A stretch of 58,737 bases of DNA from a virus (IMGVR_UViG_3300030107_004408:1-58737), one strand, 5' to 3'. Counted from the first letter of the stretch, positions 47,936 through 57,234 are shown. The notes: generated from the sequence alone by a model not told the origin. Numbers and translations are program-made.

Positions 47936-49773
47936 TACATCATACCGGGTGGTCCACCCATACCCGGTGGGGCGGGGGTGGGACTGCCGGCGCCCCCTTC
48001 CATTGCGCCCACTGCGCCTGTCGGTACATCGCTAGCCCCTGGTGGCATACCGCCGGTAGCGATCGTGTCTTCACCGCCCCCTCCCTGGGCCATAGCTTGC
48101 ATACCTTGGGCTTGAGCCTGCATTGCGCGTACTTCTGCCATTTGCTTTTCTTTTAGCTCTTCTTCGGAAATCAGCACATCGTCCCCAATGTCTAGTAGAT
48201 CTAGAATGTGGGAATGTAGACGGCGTTGGTCGATGTGCTCGCTGACCGCCAAAAATTCCAAAAATTGGATAATCTTTTTGACTTGGGCCGCTTTGCTGTT
48301 TTCCGTGGGGCTGTACGGTACGATTTCGTAGTCTACCGCAAGAGGCTCTTCTACAATCCCACCAGAAGCTTTAATTTCTTCCGCAATTTCTGGGCTTCTG
48401 GCCATCAGGTGTGCCCGAGAAACTACGAATGTTTCTCGATCTCCGGTAAGTCGTACCGGAATTTCACTCTCTGGCTCTAGATATTCTTCGTAAAGGCCAA
48501 TGATGGCTTTTGCCATGTGCCGAATTACGCCATTGATCATTTTTGTGCGGCGGCCGAGGCGTGTTCGCATCGCCGAATCTACCAAAGCTAATTCTGTTGC
48601 CACGTCTGCAGTACCCGCAACACCGCGAGCATAGTCGGGGATGCCCAGGACAAACTGGACTGTCGCTTCAATGCGTTCACGGATTGTCGCAAATTCCGGG
48701 GCCAAATTACTGGTAGGAGTATTGGACAAAATTTCGGATAACGGAGCTGCGTTTCTGCCCTGAAGGCGCACAACATCACCGGGACTGGTCGCAGAGGCCA
48801 CTTGATCCACGAAATCTTCGGGATTATCGCACAAAGCTTCGTTAATTACGGTGACCGGAATGCTTGATTGGGCATGGCGTAATTCCAGTGTATCAAGCTC
48901 ATTTAGGCGCCTTTGCTGGCGTTCCACGAGTTGGCTGTCTGCCAATCCACCGATATCTGCCAGATTATCGGTAAAAACGAGTGGCTTAAAGGGATTCCGT
49001 ACAAAAACATAGGGCAGCTCTCCCGCAAACAGTGGCTCTTCTTCGTCCTCCAGCATGTGGTAGTACTTGTCTTCCGTAAAATCGTAGACTTCGTACACGA
49101 CTACCCATTCAAATACGTTTTTGACTTCCTTGTTCAGATTTGCGGTAGTCCCTTCCTTGTCTTGTAGCCATTTTGGGAAGGAGCCCAGTTGGGCTTTACG
49201 TGCGATAACCGGGTCATACTGCAGCCCCTGCTGGCCTTTATTATCTTCCGTTCTTGCGAAGAATTCGGCCTTGGTCAGGGTAGTGACCTCAACAGCGTAT
49301 CTAATATCGTCCCATCTGGAGGCAGACATGTCGTAGAAAAAATACCGAGGGTCTAGGACCACAAAATCTGGCCGATCGAGCGTAAAATTCCAGACTGCTT
49401 TGACGATAGACCGCCCGTATACGCTGGTCAGTGTGCCCATCTTCCACAGAACTTCGTGGGCGTCGGAGCGGTACAGGATGTCGTTGATCAACGCTTCGCG
49501 GTACTTGGCCGCTAGCTTAGCCTGCTCCCCGCTCTTCCTAGCTGCTGCCGTCACTCTAGGCGTTGGTGGTGTTACACTTGCGACCATCGTATCGCAAAAT
49601 GCGTAGAGATAATTGTTTTCCACTAGAAGCGGATCATCGCCTTCCGCTGCCTGATCACCCCAAAACTCAGACCGATACCAAGCCCTCCACTTGTCCCAAG
49701 TAGCGTGCTCTTTTTGCGCTTTTGAAATATGCGCAGAAATAATAGATTTGAATGTTTTTGGGTCTAACGACAC
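47935..49773 (-). CDS. Portal protein
   Basis: 612 aa; position after TerL; ATE motif; Gln/Gly/Pro-rich tail typical of P22-like portals. Confidence 0.8.
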   Translation of the reverse strand: MSLDPKTFKSIISAHISKAQKEHATWDKWRAWYRSEFWGDQAAEGDDPLLVENNYLYAFCDTMVASVTPPTPRVTAAARKSGEQAKLAAKYREALINDILYRSDAHEVLWKMGTLTSVYGRSIVKAVWNFTLDRPDFVVLDPRYFFYDMSASRWDDIRYAVEVTTLTKAEFFARTEDNKGQQGLQYDPVIARKAQLGSFPKWLQDKEGTTANLNKEVKNVFEWVVVYEVYDFTEDKYYHMLEDEEEPLFAGELPYVFVRNPFKPLVFTDNLADIGGLADSQLVERQQRRLNELDTLELRHAQSSIPVTVINEALCDNPEDFVDQVASATSPGDVVRLQGRNAAPLSEILSNTPTSNLAPEFATIRERIEATVQFVLGIPDYARGVAGTADVATELALVDSAMRTRLGRRTKMINGVIRHMAKAIIGLYEEYLEPESEIPVRLTGDRETFVVSRAHLMARSPEIAEEIKASGGIVEEPLAVDYEIVPYSPTENSKAAQVKKIIQFLEFLAVSEHIDQRRLHSHILDLLDIGDDVLISEEELKEKQMAEVRAMQAQAQGMQAMAQGGGGEDTIATGGMPPGASDVPTGAVGAMEGGAGSPTPAPPGMGGPPGMM

Positions 49774-49776
49774 GAA

Positions 49777-50148
49777 TCACACCTGAATAAGGATGCGGGT
49801 AGTGACAGCACTAGTCGGGCCTGTGTTTCCGGCAGTTCCAGGTAGGGTGACTGCCCAGAGTGTGATCCTATCTGCAAAGCTTACGCCCTGCGGAAACGCA
49901 TACGTAATGGAAGAGGACGCGGGAGCCATCAACACCATATCGGGCACAGTCGTGCCGGGAGTCGTATTGGATGTGTCCGTAGTGTGCAGCTTCACATACG
50001 TAGCTGCCGAGTTTGCCGTGTTGTTAATCTCGACGGACCGGATCACTGAAGCACCCGTATAGACTTCATCCTCAGTCTCATCACAGTCTGTATTGATTAC
50101 GGTACGATTGGACGCTGGCGTCCCATGGGTAACAATGGATACTGCCAT
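49777..50148 (-). CDS. Small beta-rich structural-type protein (paralogue of 50157-50534)
   Basis: YVKL..GTTVPDMVL..GTAG. Confidence 0.6.
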   Translation of the reverse strand: MAVSIVTHGTPASNRTVINTDCDETEDEVYTGASVIRSVEINNTANSAATYVKLHTTDTSNTTPGTTVPDMVLMAPASSSITYAFPQGVSFADRITLWAVTLPGTAGNTGPTSAVTTRILIQV

Positions 50149-50156
50149 GTCTGCCT

Positions 50157-50534
50157 CTATGTATGCACGATGTAATAGTTAAGATCGCTTCCGGGTGCCC
50201 CTGTGCCTGCGGTACCTCCGCTAGAGGACGTAGCGTAGATTGAAACACCGGTATCAAAAGTGATGCCACCTGGAATCTCAAAAGTAATGTTCTTCTCGTC
50301 AGCATCGCACTTCAGTACGATATCTGGCGGTGTCGTACCTGCCGTCACGCTGGTTTGGTTGTAGAACTTTACAAAATTGATTTGAGAGCCATTAGCATCG
50401 TTGTCCAACGTAATGCTGTAAATCGTAGCAGCACCGCCGAGGATATTCTCCAAAGCGGTGTTGGTAATGGTCCCACGGGTGACCTTATACGTCATTCCCG
50501 TGTTTGCGGGACTGGTAAAGACTGCTGAAGCCAT
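50157..50534 (-). CDS. Small beta-rich structural-type protein (paralogue of 49777-50148)
   Basis: FVKF..GTTPPDIVL..GTAG. Confidence 0.6.
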   Translation of the reverse strand: MASAVFTSPANTGMTYKVTRGTITNTALENILGGAATIYSITLDNDANGSQINFVKFYNQTSVTAGTTPPDIVLKCDADEKNITFEIPGGITFDTGVSIYATSSSGGTAGTGAPGSDLNYYIVHT

Positions 50535-50574
50535 TTGGCCCTCCGAGATGCTGGAATCTTAATCGAATTCGGCC

Positions 50575-52248
50575 TTAAAGCCAATACTTCTTCCGATTCC
50601 TCTTGTTTTTGTCTTTGTGAAGCTGTAACCGCTCTTTGTACGTGTATGGCCGCAATTCTATGATATTTGCATCAGGATCCGAAAACCCTGGCTTAGATCG
50701 GCGCGGAAGATCCCTTGCACCGATAATTGACATCATTAGGGCGCTAACTTTGTCCCAGTGATGCCGTTCTCTGCGTTTTCGGTTGGCCTCGCCTCTTGCG
50801 ATCTCCGAACTGGGGCCTTCTTCGATGTGTTTGTCGTTTTTGTACGACATAAGCTGTTCAACAGTATTTTCATCGTTAAGCTCAAGATCATCAAGAAGAG
50901 CATCGATTGTGTAGCCCAACATTTGGTCTAGAGACTTGCCCGTGGTGGTGAAGCCGGGTCTGCGGGCCTTTTCGTAGTAGAGATTGCGATAATCCCACTC
51001 CCGCAAGAGGCTCAGCACTGCTTGCCCAACACCATTGGATTCTACAACGATCCTAGCGTTGTTATACCGCTCACCAACCTCCATTAGCTTCCGCGTGAAG
51101 ATAATCGGGTCTACGTGTGCCGCATATGTGGCTACTTGGGTCCATTCCCCGTCATACACTTTCAAAACCTGAAAAGCGGCATGATCTCGGGCGGCGTGAC
51201 CACAGGGGTCGGCCCCGATTGCGTAAATTGCGCCTTCTTGTGGTTTTTCGTACTCCATATACGGCTCTTTCCATGGAGTAAGCTCTTTGTTCCGGTGCCT
51301 CTCCAGAGCATGGGACGGAATTGCGGCATTTGCGGCTGCAATCCAACAACTCAGATCGTCAAACGGGTAGAAAACCGGAAACAGGTCTGGCCTACGCCTG
51401 AGCTGCTGGTCAGTGGACAATAGAAAGCGGCGGAAGGCCAAATGTTCTTTTGTCAGCCCTTCTTTTTGGTATCGATTCATGAAATCGATTTCTTCGTTTT
51501 CTAATTTCCAGGATTTGTCCCAAGCACGCCTATTTAGAGCCCCATCCCAGAAGGGATAGAACTTAGCCATGTTTCGACCATTACCGGCTTTCGCTTCTAG
51601 GTAATGATGATGCCAATCTGAATTGGCTTCCCAGGGCGTACTCTCAAAAATCGCAATTGCGTTGTCTCGATTAACGAGAGAGGGCCAGATTAGGAACATG
51701 CTGCCCGAAAAGTCATCCCAGAACGGACACTCAGATGCGTGAAAGGAGTCAGGGCTCTGCCCAATACCCACTGCCCCAGATTCTGCGGAAAGGACACGCA
51801 TTTTGCCGCCCTGCATGGGCTTAAAGCTCAACTGCCTACTTTCTCGGGAATGTACCGTTGGGCTTCTTACGTCACCGGGCCATTTTTGGTGCAGGTGGTG
51901 AACACGTCGATGCAGATACTCCGCACGCGCAGCGTTATCCGCAATACAAACATGGTCCCAACCAGGATTATACGCAGCTAGTGGATAGCACCCGTACTCA
52001 ACACTGAGGGATTTACCCATCTGACGCGCAGTCAAAATAGTCAGAAACTTATTCTGATTATCCGAAGTCTGCGGTGGATTGGACAGGTAATCTAACACGT
52101 CCGTCTGCATCGTGGCAGTGATTCGCTTCGGATCGTAAGGAATAAACTGACTTGTCTTCTGGTCGTGCACTTGCCCAAAGGCAGGTAGTGACTTGGCAGG
52201 ATCCCGAAGGAAATTAAGAACCTGCTTCGGGGACGGTTTAGGCGGCAT
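50575..52248 (-). CDS. terL: Terminase large subunit
   Basis: ARQMGKS Walker A, FHASE Walker B variant, EST coupling motif, nuclease GADP...D, ESNGVG. Confidence 0.88.
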   Translation of the reverse strand: MPPKPSPKQVLNFLRDPAKSLPAFGQVHDQKTSQFIPYDPKRITATMQTDVLDYLSNPPQTSDNQNKFLTILTARQMGKSLSVEYGCYPLAAYNPGWDHVCIADNAARAEYLHRRVHHLHQKWPGDVRSPTVHSRESRQLSFKPMQGGKMRVLSAESGAVGIGQSPDSFHASECPFWDDFSGSMFLIWPSLVNRDNAIAIFESTPWEANSDWHHHYLEAKAGNGRNMAKFYPFWDGALNRRAWDKSWKLENEEIDFMNRYQKEGLTKEHLAFRRFLLSTDQQLRRRPDLFPVFYPFDDLSCWIAAANAAIPSHALERHRNKELTPWKEPYMEYEKPQEGAIYAIGADPCGHAARDHAAFQVLKVYDGEWTQVATYAAHVDPIIFTRKLMEVGERYNNARIVVESNGVGQAVLSLLREWDYRNLYYEKARRPGFTTTGKSLDQMLGYTIDALLDDLELNDENTVEQLMSYKNDKHIEEGPSSEIARGEANRKRRERHHWDKVSALMMSIIGARDLPRRSKPGFSDPDANIIELRPYTYKERLQLHKDKNKRNRKKYWL

Positions 52249-52596
52249 TTATCCGATCTGCTTCATGGGCATAGTCTTGATCGCCTCTTCCCATTCCGCC
52301 TCTGTGGGCTCGGGTACATCCATCACTTTGGGCTTCTCGGTACCTGCGATCTGCACTAGCTGGGCGATAATGTTGGTGCTACTTGAGCTATCGTCCGATT
52401 GCTGCGCCTGGATTCCCGTGTACATCAGCTCGGCCCACTGCCGCAGCTCCCGCGCAGTCGTTGTCCCAATCTCCTTCCTAAGAAGAGCGCCACCGATTTC
52501 CGCAGCCAGATCTACTACATCGTTAAGCGAACGGATCCGCCCCTGCTGCAATAGCGCAAGTGCGTCATACGGAACTGGCATCTCTTCTTTTGCCAT
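52249..52596 (-). CDS. Hypothetical protein, terminase small subunit candidate
   Basis: Small helical ORF abutting TerL; position only. Confidence 0.4.
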   Translation of the reverse strand: MAKEEMPVPYDALALLQQGRIRSLNDVVDLAAEIGGALLRKEIGTTTARELRQWAELMYTGIQAQQSDDSSSSTNIIAQLVQIAGTEKPKVMDVPEPTEAEWEEAIKTMPMKQIG

Positions 52597-53303
52597 TACT
52601 TCTCCTTAGGTAGTCCCCGTCCAGGGCTGATCGGACTTCTTTCTCGGGGCTTGTAGTCCCGTCGCTCTGTTTCTGGGTTTCTTTGCTCTCGATCTACTTG
52701 CCTGCCGCCACCTGTTATTTCTGTTCCCTCCTCGCGCTCTCTCCAAGATTTTCCCCCCGGCTGAGCGGGAGCGGCGGATACTGCTATGATGGCATCTCTC
52801 TGCTCTGGTGTGAGTCCTTCCCATATAGCTTGCCGATCTTGCGGATCAGCGTCTGGCATGAAATCTGGAGGTGGCTTCTCGTCGGATCCCCTCTCCGGTG
52901 CCGCCTCCTGCCCCCTTTCGTCTGTTCCTACAAACCCTTCGCGATCCCATTTTGCGGCATCATCGCCTAGGCGCTTCTTGAAGTCCATGTGGTAAAGCTC
53001 TTCGCCCGGCCTGCTCTTTTTTCCTTGGTGTTTGGCCTTGCCTTTGGATTCTGTGTCCGCAGGTGGAGTGGGATCGGCAGGGTCGCCCTTGTTCTCCTTT
53101 GCTTCTTCCCGACCTTCTGGAGGGAGAGTGCCGCTGGGATTCGCTATCTTTACCATTCCACCGTGGGGCGCGTTCTCTGCAAGGAACTTCATCGCATCCT
53201 TGATCACGTCATCGTACTTGCCCTTTCCATAGTCCCGGTTTTCCTTACCCAAGTACTTCTTATCGTCGGGACTCTCTTTCTCTTCGGCGGATTCTTTTGC
53301 CAT
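52596..53303 (-). CDS. Highly charged, disordered hypothetical protein
   Basis: Long ORF with an AGAGGA SD. Confidence 0.55.
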   Translation of the reverse strand: MAKESAEEKESPDDKKYLGKENRDYGKGKYDDVIKDAMKFLAENAPHGGMVKIANPSGTLPPEGREEAKENKGDPADPTPPADTESKGKAKHQGKKSRPGEELYHMDFKKRLGDDAAKWDREGFVGTDERGQEAAPERGSDEKPPPDFMPDADPQDRQAIWEGLTPEQRDAIIAVSAAPAQPGGKSWREREEGTEITGGGRQVDREQRNPETERRDYKPRERSPISPGRGLPKEK

Positions 53304-54213
53304 AGCGTCGTTTCCTCTTACTCACAGTTTCTTGAGCACGTCTTGCGTATTTTGCCCAAGGGTGGTCTGGGTTTGCAATCCATTCCATCTTAGCGTGTTT
53401 TGACTGAAATACAATACCATCTGCATATAGCGGCCTATCCATTGGGTGCGCTACATAGCCTGACTGCAATGCTGCTTTGACTGCCGGGTGCCTTATTAGC
53501 TTATCCTGCGCATCCGTATATCTCCGCTTAGCGATACGCAACCCAGGCTTACGGGGCAAGGTCATGCCCTCCAACAAATACAGCGCAGCGGTAGCCATGT
53601 CGCGGTTTGTTACCATTGGCATAGGATCTATGCCTAGTGCCCAGAAGGCTAGCTTAGGAGTATCCATAATGTGGTTAATAGCTATTACTAACTGCTGCTC
53701 TGCATTCGGATCTTTTTTGCATAAGACGCTGCCCAAGATGTCAATAGGCATACCCATAAGCCACCACCTTAGCGTGGACAGGGCACATTTCTTATACATG
53801 GGCATATCTTGCGGAAACAATCCCCAGAAGTTTCTAGTCGGTTGTTGCAATATCGCACACGCCAACTCGTAGGGCGTAGGCGGATTATCCAGCCCCCATG
53901 CCGCTTTAGCCTTCGGCGGCCAGTCTTCAGGCGCTACCAGGAACTCGCTGTTTTCCCCGAATACCGCTTCCGCTATATCATGATCACTCCATAGCAACTT
54001 ACGGATGGCTAATATCTTCTTAGCCGCATGGGCTAAGCTGGCCGGGTACCCACCCTGCAATATCGGCACTTCCACATTTACTGCTACAGCCACATCCACA
54101 GCCTTGATTCCGAACACCCTAGCCGTGGTCCGGTTTGCCTTAGTGTGCAGCAGCCAATGTCCTAGTCCCCCGCTGTTGGTGCAACATATGTCGAATTCGC
54201 TGATATTAGGCAT
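53260..54213 (-). CDS. Hypothetical protein, first gene of the late strand (possible HTH segments)
   Basis: WSDHDIAEAVF and GMPIDILGSVL resemble HTH starts; weak evidence. Confidence 0.6.
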   Translation of the reverse strand: MPNISEFDICCTNSGGLGHWLLHTKANRTTARVFGIKAVDVAVAVNVEVPILQGGYPASLAHAAKKILAIRKLLWSDHDIAEAVFGENSEFLVAPEDWPPKAKAAWGLDNPPTPYELACAILQQPTRNFWGLFPQDMPMYKKCALSTLRWWLMGMPIDILGSVLCKKDPNAEQQLVIAINHIMDTPKLAFWALGIDPMPMVTNRDMATAALYLLEGMTLPRKPGLRIAKRRYTDAQDKLIRHPAVKAALQSGYVAHPMDRPLYADGIVFQSKHAKMEWIANPDHPWAKYARRAQETVSKRKRRYGKRIRRRERESRR

Positions 54214-54224
54214 TGTACCTACGT

Positions 54225-54265
54225 TATGGGCAAAAGTGATTTAGCAAAAATGGTTTGCATGTCAA
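54225..54265 (-). promoter_or_regulatory. Possible promoter of the late operon
   Basis: TTGACA at 54260-54265 on the - strand; the -10 is ambiguous. Confidence 0.35.
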
Positions 54266-54302
54266 TGAGACTCCATATACTAATACGGCAACGGCAAAAA
54301 AA

Positions 54303-54790
54303 GGGGATGCCTTGAGTTGAGCCGAAAGAATTGAGGCGAGACGAAAGGCTACGCTGGCAGGATCGCTACGACGAAGTCGGATCGTCACTGCAAGAGCGGG
54401 TTGTGCCCGAGCGAAGCGAGGCATAGCACAAGACCGGCACGAGGAACGAGTGTCCTTCTCCAGCGACGTAGTAATCCCCGTCTAGGCTTACGGGTTCCGT
54501 AAGGGGGAGGACGAGGAGCTAGCGACGAGGACGGTGGACGCTTGCTCTCCCCGGAGACTGCAACGCGATAACGCGTTGTCCTTCAGCGCAACTTGTTGCG
54601 CTACCGAGCGAGCGAAGCGAGCGAGGCGCCGGCGGCGGCCTAGGCTTCGCGGCGTAGCGCTAGGGAGCGAGCCCAACGGGGCGAGCGTTACGCGGCTGGT
54701 GATAGTGGCTGGTGGGTGGGTGGGTTGCATTGCATCCTCTGGGGTAGGGCTAGACCGCTAGCCGGTGAAGACTAGCGGCCTAGCGTTAGG
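54303..54790 (+). other. Highly structured non-coding region with GAA-triloop/tandem G.A hairpins
   Basis: Nested inverted repeats; GCGAAGC twice; see findings. Confidence 0.65.
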
Positions 54791-54793
54791 GCT

Positions 54794-55051
54794 CTACAGG
54801 TGGCGCGTCCACATGAAGTGACAGGCTAGGGCCTGTACCGCTAGCAGGGCTAGCAGTACGGGCGTCCGGATAAGGACGAAACCTAGCACCTCGGTGCGCC
54901 AGTCGTAGCGCTCGTGGGCTATCGCTCGGTGGGTGTCCTTCAGTCCTTGCCAGTAGGCAGCTAGCAGAAGACTGCTAGCCGCCAGGGCGCACACTGTGAC
55001 GCTCACCAGAGCGAAGAGGTCCCAAGCGTCGCCGGTGCCGGTGCCGCTCAT
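54794..55051 (-). CDS. Small two-TM membrane protein
   Basis: Two hydrophobic segments; ATG 55051 with GAGG SD overlaps the upstream stop. Confidence 0.55.
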   Translation of the reverse strand: MSGTGTGDAWDLFALVSVTVCALAASSLLLAAYWQGLKDTHRAIAHERYDWRTEVLGFVLIRTPVLLALLAVQALACHFMWTRHL

Positions 55052-55698
55052 GCTGCCACCTCGCGGCTGCGCTCGTCCTTCCATGCCTGCGCGATGGCGT
55101 CCGCTTCGCTCATGTCCTCGTCTTCCACTAGACCGCTAGCGTTGCGGTACATGCGCTTGATGCGCTTGGCATCTACCTCTGGGGTGTCGTCCGTGCCGTT
55201 GTTGAGCATCGCATTGGCCATAGCGATAGCGTCCCGCACATTGTCGGTCGCCAGCGCTGTCCGCAGTGCCATGTCCTCGCAAGCTTGAACCCCGATGCCT
55301 TCGGCGTCTGGGTAGAGTTCCTGAGCCTTGAGCTGCGCAGCCTTACGGGCCTCTCCGTCATCGCTCCAGTTGTAGAGGTGTGAGAAGTCGACTTGTTGCA
55401 AACCTCCTACGGCTCCACAGGTAGGACAGCAAGCCTTGCGGCCCTCTTCCTTGTTCCAAAGCCACTGACTGTCGGCACCGTCTTCCTTCCCTACGCGTAC
55501 GAGGCCGACCACATAGCCGGCAGCCTTAGACGAGACACCATTCTTCACGCGTTGCGCTATGGACCGAACCGGGATGGCTCGCGCTACGAGTTTGGTCCTG
55601 TCGTCTCCGAATAGGTCCGCATCGTTACGGGTGCTAGTGCTAGGGGCCTTGGCGCTAGGGGCGTTGGCTTTGCGGGTCTTGGTTGTCTTGGTAGTCAT
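55048..55698 (-). CDS. Leftward early hypothetical protein (CCPTC motif)
   Basis: acaacGGAGaaagtgATG leader as in other early genes; has its own promoter. Confidence 0.7.
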   Translation of the reverse strand: MTTKTTKTRKANAPSAKAPSTSTRNDADLFGDDRTKLVARAIPVRSIAQRVKNGVSSKAAGYVVGLVRVGKEDGADSQWLWNKEEGRKACCPTCGAVGGLQQVDFSHLYNWSDDGEARKAAQLKAQELYPDAEGIGVQACEDMALRTALATDNVRDAIAMANAMLNNGTDDTPEVDAKRIKRMYRNASGLVEDEDMSEADAIAQAWKDERSREVAA

Positions 55699-55755
55699 CA
55701 CTTTCTCCGTTGTGTGATGTGTGAAATCCGGGGCACCGTGCCCCGGTCGGTCTGT

Positions 55756-55798
55756 GTGACCTACGGTCACTATAGCGTGTTAGGGCTGCGGATTTCAA
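55756..55798 (-). promoter_or_regulatory. Leftward sigma70-like promoter + palindrome
   Basis: TTGAAA-18 nt-TATAGT overlapping GTGACC-gta-GGTCAC. Confidence 0.75.
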
Positions 55799-56140
55799 GG
55801 GTTAGGCATCATTGTTACATTTCGTTACATATGGCCTGACCTAGGCCTAGCGGTCTAGGCTTAGAGGCCTAGCCTTAGGGCGTTATCATAATAGTTGTAA
55901 TGTTAAGGTCGTTTCGAAAGGTCCGCAGCACAAGGCGGCCAGCGCCAGATCGGGCCGGGCCAGGCCTGGGATCAGCGGTCACGCCGGTTTAGTAGCTACG
56001 AGCAGCGGTTACGCCGCTTTGCTTCGCTGATGATAGTGAACTAAGAGCCTTAAGGTTTAATAGCCCAAGGTCTGGTGGCCTAACGTTAGATAAATCAGGC
56101 GCTCCACGTGGTGCACGCCCCAAAACCACCGTTACATTCA

Positions 56141-56178
56141 TTGACACGACCATATCCCAGGTTCAACCTGCATTATCG
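56141..56178 (+). promoter_or_regulatory. Possible promoter with a CAGGTT-c-AACCTG palindrome over the -10
   Basis: TTGACA-17 nt-CAACCT. Confidence 0.45.
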
Positions 56179-56199
56179 GAGGGTCAGTCATTTAGGGCT

Positions 56200-56241
56200 A
56201 TGAAACCCTAACCTAAACGGGCTAAGATGACCGTAGGTCAT
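56200..56241 (+). promoter_or_regulatory. Rightward sigma70-like promoter + palindrome
   Basis: ATGAAA-17 nt-TAAGAT overlapping ATGACC-gta-GGTCAT. Confidence 0.7.
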
Positions 56242-56411
56242 CGTTGATGACTTGGCGGAGCTATGTCTAGCTCCTTTGCTCTTTGGCATGGGCTGTTAAG
56301 CCCTTATAACTGTAGCAATCTTGTCGTGAGACACGTTGCTACTAACTTGTTTATCTCTTCGTTGGGGGGAGGTTGCATAGGCTTAGGCTTATGTAGCCTC
56401 CCCCACCTTTT
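56235..56411 (+). ncRNA. Candidate structured leader or small RNA
   Basis: Four hairpins; the last has an ~18 bp stem followed by a T-run. Confidence 0.4.
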
Positions 56412-56467
56412 CTACGTTGTAGTCCTGCTATCGGCTTTCGGTAGTAGGTCACACAATGGAGAAAACA

Positions 56468-56992
56468 ATGGAAGATACAGACCTAAAACTCGTAATGACT
56501 GATCTCGGTCGTACTCAACAGATGCTTAGCTTCCCTGCTCTTATGGAGTTGGCCGCTGCTCTGGTCAAAGCGGCTAACGACTTTGTGGTGGAAGGCATCA
56601 AGGCTGATGACGTTAACGCTGTTCCTTTCGAGGAGCTTAGTTACAACGTCATTATGGCGCTCGCAACCCTTCGTGAGGAGAGGCCGCTACTGTTTGATGC
56701 CCTGGATAAGGATGTTGACGGTATGCTCTACAGTCACGCCTCTGCCCATGAGTTTGAGCTTATGCTGGCTAGAGTTGATTTAGAAGATACCGCACGGGAA
56801 GCCCTGATTACGGGTAAGGATCCGCACGGTATTGGACATTTCGCTGCGGGCCTCTATGCTACGGATGCAGAGGTTAACGAGGACGACGGTAAGCCTCAGT
56901 ACATTGAGTGCGACGAGCAGTTCTCGCGTAGCCTTATGGACCAGTTGGCTAAGGACTTGCGTCCTACCTTCGATGACGAGGTACCGTTCTAA
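56468..56992 (+). CDS. Acidic early hypothetical protein
   Basis: GGAGaaaacaATG leader; ends DDEVPF. Confidence 0.7.
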   Translation: MEDTDLKLVMTDLGRTQQMLSFPALMELAAALVKAANDFVVEGIKADDVNAVPFEELSYNVIMALATLREERPLLFDALDKDVDGMLYSHASAHEFELMLARVDLEDTAREALITGKDPHGIGHFAAGLYATDAEVNEDDGKPQYIECDEQFSRSLMDQLAKDLRPTFDDEVPF

Positions 56993-57234
56993 TGGGCGTT
57001 AACTACTCGGAGGATTACCTTAGGATGTCGTTACTTTACGACGACTTTGAGGTAGTGCTCATTGATGGCAGTCCTGAGTATAAGTACACTAGTACTACGG
57101 ATGATAGTGAGTACTACCTGCCTAAAGACGTGCATACTCGCAGACAGGCCATTCGAGCACGGATACTTCTAGGGTTACTTAACCCTATCCGGCCTGACTA
57201 TATGAAGGTTTACGGTGGCTACGGCTGCCGTTGA
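56992..57234 (+). CDS. Small early hypothetical protein
   Basis: TAATG coupling to the upstream gene. Confidence 0.6.
   Translation: MGVNYSEDYLRMSLLYDDFEVVLIDGSPEYKYTSTTDDSEYYLPKDVHTRRQAIRARILLGLLNPIRPDYMKVYGGYGCR

Noticed and set aside
56263-56502. 79-aa ORF
   Set aside because: It runs through consecutive hairpins and a terminator-like stem and overlaps the next gene; better explained as structured RNA.
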